From positions 1 through 56,451 of the forward strand of contig WAKO01000009.1 of the NCBI GenBank assembly GCA_015523325.1: a stretch of DNA of 56,451 nucleotides. The letters are read 5' to 3'. Below the pieces are notes generated by a model. The model was given only the letters and a program-made list of their open reading frames with translations. It searched no databases and was not told where the DNA came from. Within the stretch, counting starts at the first letter, position 1. Each line of letters opens with the position of its first letter. This document shows positions 19,265 to 29,247 of the stretch, in pieces. The position numbers and the translations under genes were made by a program. The stretch is from Candidatus Micrarchaeota archaeon. Its GTDB lineage: Archaea > Micrarchaeota > Micrarchaeia > Anstonellales > J096.

Positions 19265-19353
19265 GAAATGTTTAAATACTTTACCACGTCTTCGCCCCTC
19301 CTCTAAAAAGGGGGAAAACAAAGTTATAAAAAATGTTAAGTCAGTAATTTGTT

Positions 19354-20421
19354 ATGGAGGTTAAAACAAAATCAAAATCAAAAGAGGAAGAAGGAGAGCC
19401 TAGCTATTCTTCTGAGAAGAAATGTTTTGAGGGGTTGCTTAAAGGAGGGCCAAGAAAATGCTTTGATAATTATAAGGAGATAATGGAAAGGGAAGTGAGG
19501 AAAATAAACCCTGACTTCCTAACAGAGCTTAGATGTTTGGCTTTATTAGCTCAAAAAAGAGAAAGCTCTTCCTATGTTACTGAGAAAATACTATACTCAA
19601 CAAAAAACATGGCGTTTCTATCAAATGGGGAAGTTTCAAATGAATTTTATAGCACTTTTCCTTTCCTAGAATTTGTAGAAAAAACTAGAAGAGGAAAAAA
19701 GAAAAAAGTTGTGTTGAATAGGAATTCTTTAACTTACTTGTTCTTATTTTCCTTTCTTTCATTGAAAAGAAGAGAAAAAAACAAAAACCTAAGTGTTAGT
19801 ATGGTTAGGGTTGTTGACCCAAACATTGTAAATTATCATAAAAACCTTCTAAACTACAATGTTATTCTCCTAACTAATAAAAGATTAAAAAACAATAGAG
19901 CTATGCTTAAATCTGCTAGAGTAATAGACCTACACAACCAAAAAGAGGAGGAAATTTTAAGAGAGCTAGAAAAAAGCCTAGACTCCAAAGATAGGGAAGA
20001 AAAAAGGCAAGAAGTTTCTCTAAAAGTTGTTTTAGAACCATTAAGAATAAGCATATTTAGAAGTCTAGCTTTGTGTTACTTAAATTATCAAGTAGCCCAA
20101 ATGCTAAAAACCTCAAAAGCTGATGTTGAGGGATTTATAGAATTAGTTAATTTCATCAACATAATAAACAAAAAATTGTTGAAGGAAAGGAAATCTTCAT
20201 CAAAAAAGAAGGAAGAAAAACCAGAGGATCTCCTAATTTATGTGCCTTTAATTGCCCTTAGCGAGAAAAAAGAGTTGAAGGAAAAAATAAGGGAATATGA
20301 GGAGGGACATAAAGAAGAAAGAGGGTTAGAAGTAATAAAATCTCTAGAGGATAAAAAATTAAAGCTGAAAAATAGTGAATTTGAAAAAATACTCTCAATT
20401 TATAATGTGGTTTACTTATAA
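19354..20421 (+). CDS. Hypothetical basic protein
   Basis: 355-aa ORF divergent from the thermosome gene. No family recognised. Confidence 0.65.
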   Translation: MEVKTKSKSKEEEGEPSYSSEKKCFEGLLKGGPRKCFDNYKEIMEREVRKINPDFLTELRCLALLAQKRESSSYVTEKILYSTKNMAFLSNGEVSNEFYSTFPFLEFVEKTRRGKKKKVVLNRNSLTYLFLFSFLSLKRREKNKNLSVSMVRVVDPNIVNYHKNLLNYNVILLTNKRLKNNRAMLKSARVIDLHNQKEEEILRELEKSLDSKDREEKRQEVSLKVVLEPLRISIFRSLALCYLNYQVAQMLKTSKADVEGFIELVNFINIINKKLLKERKSSSKKKEEKPEDLLIYVPLIALSEKKELKEKIREYEEGHKEERGLEVIKSLEDKKLKLKNSEFEKILSIYNVVYL

Positions 20422-20503
20422 TTTTACTTCCTTATAATTTTAACTTATAAAAAGTAAGGAAGCTGAACGAAAAAGTTTTTAATAAAAAAAGCATGAAAGA
20501 GTT

Positions 20504-21379
20504 GTGGAGATAATTGGAATAGATGTTGGAGGAACAAAAACAACATTTATTGGTTTTGAATTTAAAAAGGGGATTTTAAGAAAGGAGTGGGAAGAGAGAA
20601 TAAAAACCTCCCATCTTTCATTTTCTGAGTGGTTTTCTCTTATTAGTGAAAAAGCAAAAAGTAAAAAAATAGCGCTCTCAATGCCGGGTTTTTTGGAGAA
20701 TGGAGTGGTTAAGAACTCTCCAAACTTTAAAGAGCTAGAGGGAAAGAGAATAAAGCGTTGGTTGAAAAAGATAACTCCTAGCTTTATTGTTGAGAATGAT
20801 GCTAATTGCTTTGCATATGCAGAAGCAATTGTTGGGAAAGGAAAGGGAAAAGAAGGAATAATAGCTGGATGGATATTTGGGACTGGAGTTGGAGGAGGAC
20901 TAGTCTTAAAAAAGAAAGGAATGGCTCTCTTATTGAGTGAAAAGACAGAGTTTGGAAGCTTTTATGTTGGAGTGGAAGAGGATTTATTTCTAAAGCATTC
21001 AAAAAGAGCAAGAGAAATAAAGAGAAAGTATGGGTTTTTAACTCTTGAGGGTGTTGCAAGTGGAAAGGTAAGAGAAGAGCTTGGAAAAAATTTCTCAAAA
21101 GTAAAAGGTTTGGTAGAAAAAGCAATAATAAACTCATTCTATAATGTTCAACTTACTGTCTCTCCTTCCCTCCATGTTATTGGAGGAGGGTTTGGAAAAG
21201 CCCTTGGAAAAGAGTTTTTTAAAAGAATTGAAAAGCAAGTCAAAAAGAAGTATAAGATAGGAAAGCCAAATTTCTCAATAGAGCTCTTCTCAATTAGAGA
21301 TGATGCTGGAGTCATAGGAGCTGTTTTGCTTTTTTTAGCAAAAAATAACAAAAAGATAAAAAAAGTCAGATTAGATTAA
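20504..21379 (+). CDS. ROK family sugar kinase
   Basis: IGIDVGGTK, VENDANCFAYAE, GTGVGGGLV, LEGVASG, DAGVIGA; the usual Cys/His zinc motif is absent. Confidence 0.9.
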   Translation: MEIIGIDVGGTKTTFIGFEFKKGILRKEWEERIKTSHLSFSEWFSLISEKAKSKKIALSMPGFLENGVVKNSPNFKELEGKRIKRWLKKITPSFIVENDANCFAYAEAIVGKGKGKEGIIAGWIFGTGVGGGLVLKKKGMALLLSEKTEFGSFYVGVEEDLFLKHSKRAREIKRKYGFLTLEGVASGKVREELGKNFSKVKGLVEKAIINSFYNVQLTVSPSLHVIGGGFGKALGKEFFKRIEKQVKKKYKIGKPNFSIELFSIRDDAGVIGAVLLFLAKNNKKIKKVRLD

Positions 21380-21837
21380 GAAACTCTTCCTTGAATTGTT
21401 GCTACTGCTTGTCTTGGTTGTCCTGCTGGGTCTCCTTCTAAAGAGTATTGGACTGCTACTGTTACTGTTGCTGTACTTCCTGAATTCATTTGTCCACAAT
21501 TATTTAATGTTACTTGTGCAACCTCTCCTGGGGAAAGGGTTGTAACTCCTGTATTTCTGAAGTTTGTTGGAACTGTTTCTCCAACAGCACAAGCAAATCT
21601 TAGGTTTTCTGCCCTTGATGTCATTGCATTTCTCATGCTAAATGTTACTGTCCCTCCATTACCTTGTCTCAATAGAGGGGTTCCTTCACATGTAAATGTA
21701 TTTATTGGATCAAAACTGCAAAACTCAAATGTTCTGCTTTGTGTAAAGATCATTGCTAAAGCTGCAATCACTATTACTATCACTACAATTGCCCACCCAT
21801 AGGTCATAAGGTATTCCATTGCGGTTTGCCCCTTCAT
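21376..21837 (-). CDS. Archaeal type IV pilin (class III signal peptide)
   Basis: MKG|QTAMEYLMTYGWAIVVIVIVIAAL with Glu at +5; four Cys in the globular domain; AGGTG SD. Confidence 0.9.
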   Translation of the reverse strand: MKGQTAMEYLMTYGWAIVVIVIVIAALAMIFTQSRTFEFCSFDPINTFTCEGTPLLRQGNGGTVTFSMRNAMTSRAENLRFACAVGETVPTNFRNTGVTTLSPGEVAQVTLNNCGQMNSGSTATVTVAVQYSLEGDPAGQPRQAVATIQGRVS

Positions 21838-21898
21838 GCTAACACCTAAGTTAATTAAGCAGTATTCATTTATAAAAGTTGTTATTAAAAATTAACAG

Positions 21899-22237
21899 AT
21901 GGCTCTAAAACAAGTAATAGTTGTAAGAAAAGATATTGAGATGGGAAAGGGGAAGGTGTGTGCCCAAGTAGCACATGCTAGCTTGGAACTTTATAAAAAA
22001 AGCAAAAAGGAAGAGCTGGAAGAATGGGAAAAGCAAGGAAGTAAAAAGATAGTGCTTAAAGCAACTCTAGAAGAGATTTTTGAAGCTTTTCAAAAAGCAA
22101 AAGAAAAAGGGCTTGTTGTTGTGTTGATAAGGGATAAAGGGCTAACCCAAGTAGAGGAAGGAACATTAACCTGTATGGGGGTTTTTGGTAAAGAGGAGGA
22201 AGTGAATAAGATAACTGGGGAGTTTAAGCTCTACTAA
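21899..22237 (+). CDS. pth2: Peptidyl-tRNA hydrolase Pth2
   Basis: KQVIVVRKDIEMGKGKVCAQVAHA, KKIVLK, RDKGLTQV..GTLT, ITGEFKLY. Confidence 0.95.
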   Translation: MALKQVIVVRKDIEMGKGKVCAQVAHASLELYKKSKKEELEEWEKQGSKKIVLKATLEEIFEAFQKAKEKGLVVVLIRDKGLTQVEEGTLTCMGVFGKEEEVNKITGEFKLY

Positions 22238-22331
22238 TTATTAATTTAATTACATCTATACAAGAAAGATTTTTGATGAAATGCTAAAGGTTGCTAAGAT
22301 TCTTTATAAAGATATTGTTGGAAGGGAGAGT

Positions 22332-23579
22332 ATGGAAAAAAAATTTTATGAGCTTAGTGTTAAGGAGAGATGGGAAAAATTAAGAGAGGAAGGAGTTGAA
22401 AAGGGAGTAATAGAAGGATTTAACCAAGAACTACCCTTAGAACATGCGGACTTAATAATAGAGAACGTAGTTGGAAAGATCTCTCTTCCTTTAGGAGTTG
22501 TTAGGAACTTTAAGTTGAATGGAAAAACTTATAATGTTCCAATGGCTTTAGAAGAGCCCTCTGTAGTTGCAGCAGCAAATAAGTTTTCCAAGCTAACTCT
22601 TCCAGAAGGGTTTAAAGGAGAAGCTGATGAGAGTGTTATGATTGGAGAGATTCAAATAATAGGAAAGGATGTGGAGAGATGGTTTAGAGAAAATAAAGAG
22701 ATTATAGAAGAGCTTGGAAAAGAATTGGGAAAGCCTATGGAAACATATGGAGGGGGATGGAGAGGGTTTGATGTTAAGGTTTTTAGAGGAAGAAAAACCT
22801 ACACTGTTCTTTATTTTTATGTAGATGTTGCAGACTCAATGGGAGCTAATACAGTTAATACTATTGCTGAATCCTTGGCTGAAGAGATAAAGGAAAGGTT
22901 AGGGGTTAGAATTGGACTAAAAATAATAAGCAATTTAGCAACTAAACGAAAGGTTAGGGTTAGGGCTCTTTGGAGGAAAGAGGTTCTAAGGAAAGATTGT
23001 GAAAAGAGTGGGGTTGATGTTGAGGAGGTTTTGGATTCTTTTATTGATGCCTATGAGTTGGCAAGGATTGACCCTTATAGAAGAGCAACAAATAATAAAG
23101 GAATAATGAATGGGATAGATGGTGTTGCATTAGCTACAGGACAGGATTGGAGGGCTATAGAGGCAGGAGCTCATATGTATTCTTGTATAAAAAATGAGCC
23201 TCTCGCAAGCTATAGGCTAAGTAGAGAAGGGATTTTGGGAGAAATAGAAATTCCTTTAGCTGTTGCTACCGTTGGAGGAGCCATAAACTCTTTACCTCAT
23301 GCAAAAAACTCATTAAAATTTTTGGGAGTTAAAAAAGCAGAGGAATTGGCTATGATAATGGCTGGGATAGGGTTAGCAAATAACTTTGCTGCTATTTACT
23401 CAATTGTTAAGGAGGGAATACAAAAAGGACATATGAAATTACATGCAAAGAACATAGCAATCCTTGCTGGAGCTAAAGGAAATGAAATAAAGAAAGTGGC
23501 TGGAGAATTAGCAAGAATAAGGGATTACAGATTAGAAACTGCTAAAAGGATTTTAGAAGAGATAAGAAAGGAAAAATAG
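22332..23579 (+). CDS. hmgA: Class II (bacterial-type) HMG-CoA reductase
   Basis: IIENVVG, VPMALEEPSVVAA, DSMGANTVN, RATNNKGIMNGID...GQDWRAIEAGAH, GIQKGHMKLH. Likely start MEKKF at 22332 (track starts at 22281). Confidence 0.93.
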   Translation: MEKKFYELSVKERWEKLREEGVEKGVIEGFNQELPLEHADLIIENVVGKISLPLGVVRNFKLNGKTYNVPMALEEPSVVAAANKFSKLTLPEGFKGEADESVMIGEIQIIGKDVERWFRENKEIIEELGKELGKPMETYGGGWRGFDVKVFRGRKTYTVLYFYVDVADSMGANTVNTIAESLAEEIKERLGVRIGLKIISNLATKRKVRVRALWRKEVLRKDCEKSGVDVEEVLDSFIDAYELARIDPYRRATNNKGIMNGIDGVALATGQDWRAIEAGAHMYSCIKNEPLASYRLSREGILGEIEIPLAVATVGGAINSLPHAKNSLKFLGVKKAEELAMIMAGIGLANNFAAIYSIVKEGIQKGHMKLHAKNIAILAGAKGNEIKKVAGELARIRDYRLETAKRILEEIRKEK

Positions 23580-23615
23580 TAAAGGTAATTAAACCTCTCC
23601 TCCATTACTTTATTC

Positions 23616-24119
23616 ATGATTTTAACAAACAGAGATATTTTGGAGTTTATTGAAAAAGGAAAAATAGAGATTGAACCTCTTGACAAATCTCAGATAGGAA
23701 GCGCAAGCGTTGATTTAAGAGTCTCAAATGAATGGTGGGTGTTTAAAAAAGGAGTTAAGCTAAGCACCTCCACAGATTGGAGAGAGGTTATGGAGTTTAA
23801 GAGAGCAGAGTCAATAACCCTAAAACCTCAAGAAATGTGCTTGGGAATAACTGTTGAGAGGATAAGATTAAGTGAGGACATCTCCGCCTTTTTACAAGGA
23901 AGGAGTAGGTTTGCAAGGCTTGGGCTCAGCGTTCATGTTACAAGCGCTTTTGTGCATCCGGGAGTTAATAATAGGCAAGTGCTTGAAATAATAAATAACT
24001 CTCCTTATGAATTCGAAGTAAAGGCTTTCTCTAGAATAAGCCAGATAATCTTCTTCAAAAACCTCTCAAAAACAACCAAACCCTATTCAAAGTTTGGGGA
24101 AATTGCTATAAACCAATGA
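23616..24119 (+). CDS. dcd: dCTP deaminase
   Basis: MILTNRDI, QIGSASVDLR, GRSRFARLGL, VHPG...LEI, RISQI. Confidence 0.9.
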   Translation: MILTNRDILEFIEKGKIEIEPLDKSQIGSASVDLRVSNEWWVFKKGVKLSTSTDWREVMEFKRAESITLKPQEMCLGITVERIRLSEDISAFLQGRSRFARLGLSVHVTSAFVHPGVNNRQVLEIINNSPYEFEVKAFSRISQIIFFKNLSKTTKPYSKFGEIAINQ

Positions 24120-24240
24120 GATATCAACGAAATATAAGAGAAGCTTCGGAGAATTAAAAAAGGGGAAGTGTTTGAGAGAAGTGTTTAAAAGCTAAAAACT
24201 ATGATACAAATGTTTATAATATTTTTCTAAGTTCAATATA

Positions 24241-25083
24241 GTGATGAAAAAGATTCCTATTCTCTACAACATTGCTGAGGCATTGCTTCCTTATTTTCCC
24301 CAACTCTCAAAAAAGCTTGAAATAGCTGAAATAAAGAAGAAACCCTTAGAATTTTTACAAGAGGTTATTGGCTTGTCTTTATTAAATTCAATAGCAGTTT
24401 CCTTAATCTTTGCATACATATTCATTAGTTTTGAAATTCCTGCTATTTATTCTCTAGCCATATTTTTCCTAATGTTTTTCTTCTCATTCTACAACTTCTC
24501 CCACATTCCAGACTTGAGGATGTTAAAAAAGAAGAGAGAAATAGAGTATGATTTAGTTTACGCAATAAGGCAATTTATAATTGAGGTTAGTTCAGGAGTT
24601 CCTATTTTTGATGCTTTACTTTCCCTAACAAAAGGGTATGGTAGGCTTTCTGAAGAGATAAAGAGAATAGTAGAGAGAACAACACTTGGAGAGCCACTCT
24701 CATTGGTTTTAAAGGATGAGGCTGAAAAAACTCCTTCTCCAGCCTTTAAAAGAGTACTTCTCCAATTAGCTAATGAGATTGTTTCAGGAGCTGATGTTGC
24801 AGGCTCTTTATCCTCTTTGGTTGACCAAATAGTAAAAGAGCAAATAATAGAAGTTAAAGAATACGGCCATAAGTTAAACCCATTGGTTATGTTTTATCTA
24901 GTCATTGGAGTTATATTTCCAACAATGGGATTAGTTTTGATAGTGGTCTTGCTCTCATTCATAACTAAAGCAACAGTGCCATTCTTTTACTTGGTTATTC
25001 TAGCTTTCTTAATAGGGCTGTTCCAATTGATGTTTTTGGGCTTTATAGAGACATCAAGACCAAAATATGCAATGCTTTCATAG
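24241..25083 (+). CDS. Type II secretion F-domain platform protein (TadB-like), pilus locus 2
   Basis: EIEYDLVYAIRQFIIEVSSGVPIFDAL...YGRLSEE; paralog of 10945-11826. Confidence 0.85.
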   Translation: MMKKIPILYNIAEALLPYFPQLSKKLEIAEIKKKPLEFLQEVIGLSLLNSIAVSLIFAYIFISFEIPAIYSLAIFFLMFFFSFYNFSHIPDLRMLKKKREIEYDLVYAIRQFIIEVSSGVPIFDALLSLTKGYGRLSEEIKRIVERTTLGEPLSLVLKDEAEKTPSPAFKRVLLQLANEIVSGADVAGSLSSLVDQIVKEQIIEVKEYGHKLNPLVMFYLVIGVIFPTMGLVLIVVLLSFITKATVPFFYLVILAFLIGLFQLMFLGFIETSRPKYAMLS

Positions 25084-25092
25084 GAGGATAAA

Positions 25093-26139
25093 ATGGAATT
25101 CATAGAATTAATAGGAAGGAACTTTCCAAAATCAATAACAGAAAAAGTAAAGAGAATGCTAGGAACAGCTGGAAGTAATTACAATCCATATGTGTTTAGC
25201 GTTATTATTGCCGCAATTTCCTTAACCCTCTTATTAGCAACAACAATATTCTCATTAACTAATGTTGAAATAAATGCTTTGCTTGAAGAAACAGCTTTCC
25301 AACTTTTCCCTCAATTGGGAGGCCCCCTAAAAGTGTTTTTAGCTATACTCTTTTCATTATTAGTGGTTTCATTGTTCTTAGTGCTACTAAGCTCTTATTA
25401 TGCAATGAAAGCAGACGCTAGGAGGAATGCAATAGAGCAAATATTTCCTGACTTCCTAGCTTTAGTTTCTTCAAATGTTAGGAGCGGAATGACATTAGAG
25501 CAAGCTCTCTGGAATGCTGCAAAGCCAGAGTTTGGAATACTAGCAAAAGAAGTTAGAACAGCTATAAAACAATCCTTCTCAGGAGAGCCAATAGATAAAT
25601 CCTTGGATTACTTGGCTTCAAGATTCAATTCACCTGTTCTAAGAAGGGCTATAAACATAATAAAAAACTCCATCTATAGCGGAGGAGAGATAGCAAAGGT
25701 GTTAGATAAAATAGCAGAGGAATCCTCAGAATTGCTTGTCATAAAAAAAGAGATAAGATCAAGCTTGATAATATATGTCATTTTCCTATTCTTTGCCTCT
25801 GCATTAGGAATTCCATTCATGCTAGCTGTTTCACAAAAACTACTTGTAATAATTGAGGAGTCATTCAATTTAATAGATGTCTCAACAATCCCAGAAAATC
25901 AGCTTCCTTTCAATGTAGGAAAACCACCAATAACTTCTTCTCAATTTTACTACTTCTCAATAATAATGATTCTAATTTCTACCCTAACCTCTTCATTCAT
26001 GATAGGGGCAACTTATTCTGGAAAGAAAAGTGATGGAATAAAATATTTCCCTATAATACTTGTGCTATCCTTTATAGTATTCTTTACAGCTGGCTATTTG
26101 CTAGAGAGCTTCTTTAGCTCCATACTGGGGAGGGCATAA
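25093..26139 (+). CDS. Type II secretion F-domain platform protein (TadC-like), pilus locus 2
   Basis: IEQIFPDFLALVSSNVRSGMTLEQAL...PEFGIL; paralog of 9865-10887; GGAGG SD. Confidence 0.87.
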   Translation: MEFIELIGRNFPKSITEKVKRMLGTAGSNYNPYVFSVIIAAISLTLLLATTIFSLTNVEINALLEETAFQLFPQLGGPLKVFLAILFSLLVVSLFLVLLSSYYAMKADARRNAIEQIFPDFLALVSSNVRSGMTLEQALWNAAKPEFGILAKEVRTAIKQSFSGEPIDKSLDYLASRFNSPVLRRAINIIKNSIYSGGEIAKVLDKIAEESSELLVIKKEIRSSLIIYVIFLFFASALGIPFMLAVSQKLLVIIEESFNLIDVSTIPENQLPFNVGKPPITSSQFYYFSIIMILISTLTSSFMIGATYSGKKSDGIKYFPIILVLSFIVFFTAGYLLESFFSSILGRA

Positions 26140-26209
26140 AAAGAAAAACCATAACAAATCACTATAAATGTTTAGAAAAGCAAATTGGGTAAAAACCAAT
26201 TAAAAATTT

Positions 26210-27718
26210 ATGGAAGTTAAAGTAGTGAGGGAGATCATGAAAGGTGTATTAGAAAGCTACTCCTTTAATAGTGGAGGAATTCCTGTAATGGTAACAATAA
26301 CTTTAAAGAAGGAAGATTTTGTTCCTACTTATACCGTAAAAATTCCTGGAATAGCAGCTGGAACAAAAGCATTTATAGAAACTAAGCTAAAATCAGAGCT
26401 AATCTCAAGGATTGATTTAGATATCTCTGATATATTAAACCCTAAAAAAAGCGAAGAAATAAAGAAGAGGTTCTTTAAAGTAGCTAAAGAAGTGATAAGA
26501 GAATACTTAAAGGAAGAATCAGAGAAAAAAGTGAACCTCTTAGCCAGTTATTTAGTCCAAAACACAATAGGCTTAGGAGAGCTTGAAATAGTTTTAGCTG
26601 ATGAAAACTTGGAGGAAATAGCTGTAAACAACTCAAAAGAACCAGTATGGATCTATCACAAAAAACATGGTTGGTGCATAACAAACTTGAAGATAAAGAA
26701 TGAAGACACAATATACGATTTAGCTTCAACAATAGCTAGAAAAGTAGGAAGGCAAATAAATGTGCTAAATCCTTTGCTTGATGCTCATCTCTCCACAGGA
26801 GATAGAGTTAACTCCACACTGTTTCCAATATCTTCTTTTGGTAACACAATAACGATAAGAAAGTTCTCAAAAAATCCTTGGACTGTCACAACCTTAGTTA
26901 ACAACAAAACAATATCAAGTGAGGTTATGGCTTTAATATGGTTGGCTATTCAAAATGAACTTTCTCTAATAGTTACAGGAGGAACAGGAAGTGGAAAAAC
27001 ATCCTTTCTAAATGCTATTTCTTCTTTTATTCAACCAACACATAGAATTGTTAGTATAGAGGACACTAGAGAGTTAACACTTCCAAAATACCTTCACTGG
27101 GTTCCATTAGTAACTAGAGAGCCAAATCCAGAAGGAAAGGGAGAAGTTAGCATGCTAGATTTGCTTGTAAACTCATTGAGAATGAGGCCTGATAGGATAA
27201 TAGTTGGAGAGATAAGGAGAAAGAGAGAAGCTGAAATATTGTTTGAGGCTATGCATACTGGGCACAGTGTTTACGCAACCTTACACGCTGATAATGCTGA
27301 GCAAACGATTTCAAGATTAACAACCCCTCCTATAGACCTTCCAAGAGAGGTTCTTGATGCTTTGGCAGGAATAGTAGTTCAATTAAGGCATAGAAGATTC
27401 AACATAAGAAGAACCATTGAATTTGCAGAAGTTCATAAAAATGGAAAGTTAAACATGATTTACCAATGGGATGCAAAAAATGACATAATAAAGCAAGTAA
27501 ATCCTTTGGAAAGAATAAGTGATCTCCTAAACCTCTATGCTGGCCTTTCCCCAAAAGAGATTGAAAAAGAAGTTGAAGAGAAAAAGAAAATAATAGAGTG
27601 GATGGTAGAAAACAAGTATTTTGGCATAGATGAAGTAGGACATATAGTTGCTAATTATTATAGGGATCCTGATTATGTTATTGAATTTGTGGAAAAGAAA
27701 AAGAAATGGATCTTCTGA
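26210..27718 (+). CDS. Type IV pilus/Tad assembly ATPase, pilus locus 2
   Basis: Walker A GGTGSGKT, SIEDTRE, LRMRPDRIIVGEIR, MHTGH, TLHA. Confidence 0.93.
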   Translation: MEVKVVREIMKGVLESYSFNSGGIPVMVTITLKKEDFVPTYTVKIPGIAAGTKAFIETKLKSELISRIDLDISDILNPKKSEEIKKRFFKVAKEVIREYLKEESEKKVNLLASYLVQNTIGLGELEIVLADENLEEIAVNNSKEPVWIYHKKHGWCITNLKIKNEDTIYDLASTIARKVGRQINVLNPLLDAHLSTGDRVNSTLFPISSFGNTITIRKFSKNPWTVTTLVNNKTISSEVMALIWLAIQNELSLIVTGGTGSGKTSFLNAISSFIQPTHRIVSIEDTRELTLPKYLHWVPLVTREPNPEGKGEVSMLDLLVNSLRMRPDRIIVGEIRRKREAEILFEAMHTGHSVYATLHADNAEQTISRLTTPPIDLPREVLDALAGIVVQLRHRRFNIRRTIEFAEVHKNGKLNMIYQWDAKNDIIKQVNPLERISDLLNLYAGLSPKEIEKEVEEKKKIIEWMVENKYFGIDEVGHIVANYYRDPDYVIEFVEKKKKWIF

Positions 27719-27736
27719 AATTTTTAGGGATAAAAA

Positions 27737-29227
27737 ATGTTTGAAAAAAAGCCTTTTGAAGAGATCATTAGTAAATACAATGAATTAAAGTCAATAAAGG
27801 AAGAAGGAAAAATTAAAAAAAGAGACATAATTGATAAGGATGGGAGAGTTCAGGTATTTATAAGGAAAATTCCAACTTACTCTTTAATAGGAAAAATAGA
27901 TATGCTTGAAAAAATGGAGAAAGTGGTTGAAATAGTGGGAGAGCAACCACTTCCTTCAAAGCATGTTCTAAAAGAAGTTCCAAAAGAGTCCCTTCCTCTT
28001 AAAGAAGTAAAAGAGACTCAAAAACCTAAAAAACCAGAAAAAGTGAAGGGAGAAGAAAAGAAAAAGAAAGAAAAGGTTATTGAAGGGTTGAAGAAATTAA
28101 CTAGTGAAAAAGAAGGTGTTGTTGAGAAACTTGAAGAAGTCCCAAAGGTTGAAGAGGTTAAAGAAAAAGTAAAGAAACCAAGTCCATTCAAAAACCTAAT
28201 AAAGGAATTGATGTTAGAGGTTGTTAAAGAGGAAAAAATAATAGAAGATAAAGAGAGGTATGAAAAAGTAAAAGAAGGGGTAGGGATTTCTTATATTGAT
28301 GATCACAAACCTCCTAGGATTACGTGTCCTTTGCCTGAAGAGAGTATAGAACAAAGAAGTGAGATGGTTGTTGAAGAAATAATAGAAAGCTCAAGAGCCT
28401 CTCAATCATTTTCAAAAGCTGAGCTCTCAAAAAAGCTAATTGAGCTAACAAGACTTTTCCTAAAAGCAAAAACAAGGAAAGAGAAAGAGGAGATAAAAGC
28501 CCAAATATTGGAGGTAAAGCATGCTTTAAAATCTAAAGAAGGAAAAACAATAGATCCTCTTGAAACACTAAGGGAGAGGCAAAAAGAAAGAGTAGGAAAA
28601 TTAATAAGTTCTCTAAAAATGGAAGTATTTGAGCTCCTAGAAAGCGTGAGAAACAGTTATAAAGAAGCACTAGCATTGGCTGGAAAAAGGAAAAATCTAA
28701 TAGAAAAAATAGAAAAGCTAAAAGAAGAAGATATAAGAGTAGTTGAAGGAAACTTAGAGGAGTGTATAGGAAAGTTAAAGGATTACTTTTTAGAATTGCA
28801 CAAAAAAGAAATAACACGCCTGTGTGAAAAGTTAGGAAAAGACCCTGGAAAAGAAATTAAAGAGATTGAGGAAGGGTATGAAATGCTATTCAAAGAACTT
28901 CTTATGGAAGTGAAAGAAAAAATAAGAGGTTTAGAGGCAGAAGGCAGGGATAAGGAAATAACAAAGGAAACTTTAACAAGCACCCTAACAAGCACAAAAA
29001 TAGAAGAATTGAAAAAAGACTTAGAAACATGGAGAGAAGGAAAGTGGTTACACTATCTAGGAGAAAAGAACAGGAAAGAATTTTGGAAGTATATTAGAGG
29101 AGAAATGAGTAAGGAAGAAGCAATTAAAAAAGCCAAACTTATCTATATAGAAAATAAGGCCGTGGAACTTAAACTAAGTGAAGGGGAAATAAAATCATTA
29201 AAAGAGATAGTTAATAAAAGGATCTAA
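27737..29227 (+). CDS. Cytoplasmic K/E-rich helical/coiled-coil protein, co-oriented with pilus ATPase 2
   Basis: 19 bp after the ATPase. No TM or signal peptide; charged low-complexity middle; compact C-terminal motif WLHYL...FWKYIRGEMSKEEAI. Confidence 0.75.
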   Translation: MFEKKPFEEIISKYNELKSIKEEGKIKKRDIIDKDGRVQVFIRKIPTYSLIGKIDMLEKMEKVVEIVGEQPLPSKHVLKEVPKESLPLKEVKETQKPKKPEKVKGEEKKKKEKVIEGLKKLTSEKEGVVEKLEEVPKVEEVKEKVKKPSPFKNLIKELMLEVVKEEKIIEDKERYEKVKEGVGISYIDDHKPPRITCPLPEESIEQRSEMVVEEIIESSRASQSFSKAELSKKLIELTRLFLKAKTRKEKEEIKAQILEVKHALKSKEGKTIDPLETLRERQKERVGKLISSLKMEVFELLESVRNSYKEALALAGKRKNLIEKIEKLKEEDIRVVEGNLEECIGKLKDYFLELHKKEITRLCEKLGKDPGKEIKEIEEGYEMLFKELLMEVKEKIRGLEAEGRDKEITKETLTSTLTSTKIEELKKDLETWREGKWLHYLGEKNRKEFWKYIRGEMSKEEAIKKAKLIYIENKAVELKLSEGEIKSLKEIVNKRI

Positions 29228-29247
29228 TAACTAATTAATAACTAATA

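Noticed and set aside
19285-19320. GC-richer patch with a CCCCT...AGGGG stem as a possible tRNA or ncRNA
   Set aside because: Only a 5-bp stem, with no cloverleaf, T-loop or box C/D motifs. No tRNA or rRNA was seen in the window.
20415-20462. CTTATAA direct repeats and CTTCCTTA/TAAGGAAG inverted repeat after the 355-aa ORF
   Set aside because: Short and AT-rich with a 20-nt loop; at most a terminator or promoter element, not supportable as a feature.
28975-28995. TAACAAGCAC duplication (TLTSTLTST)
   Set aside because: A two-copy microduplication in a linker with no wider pattern.
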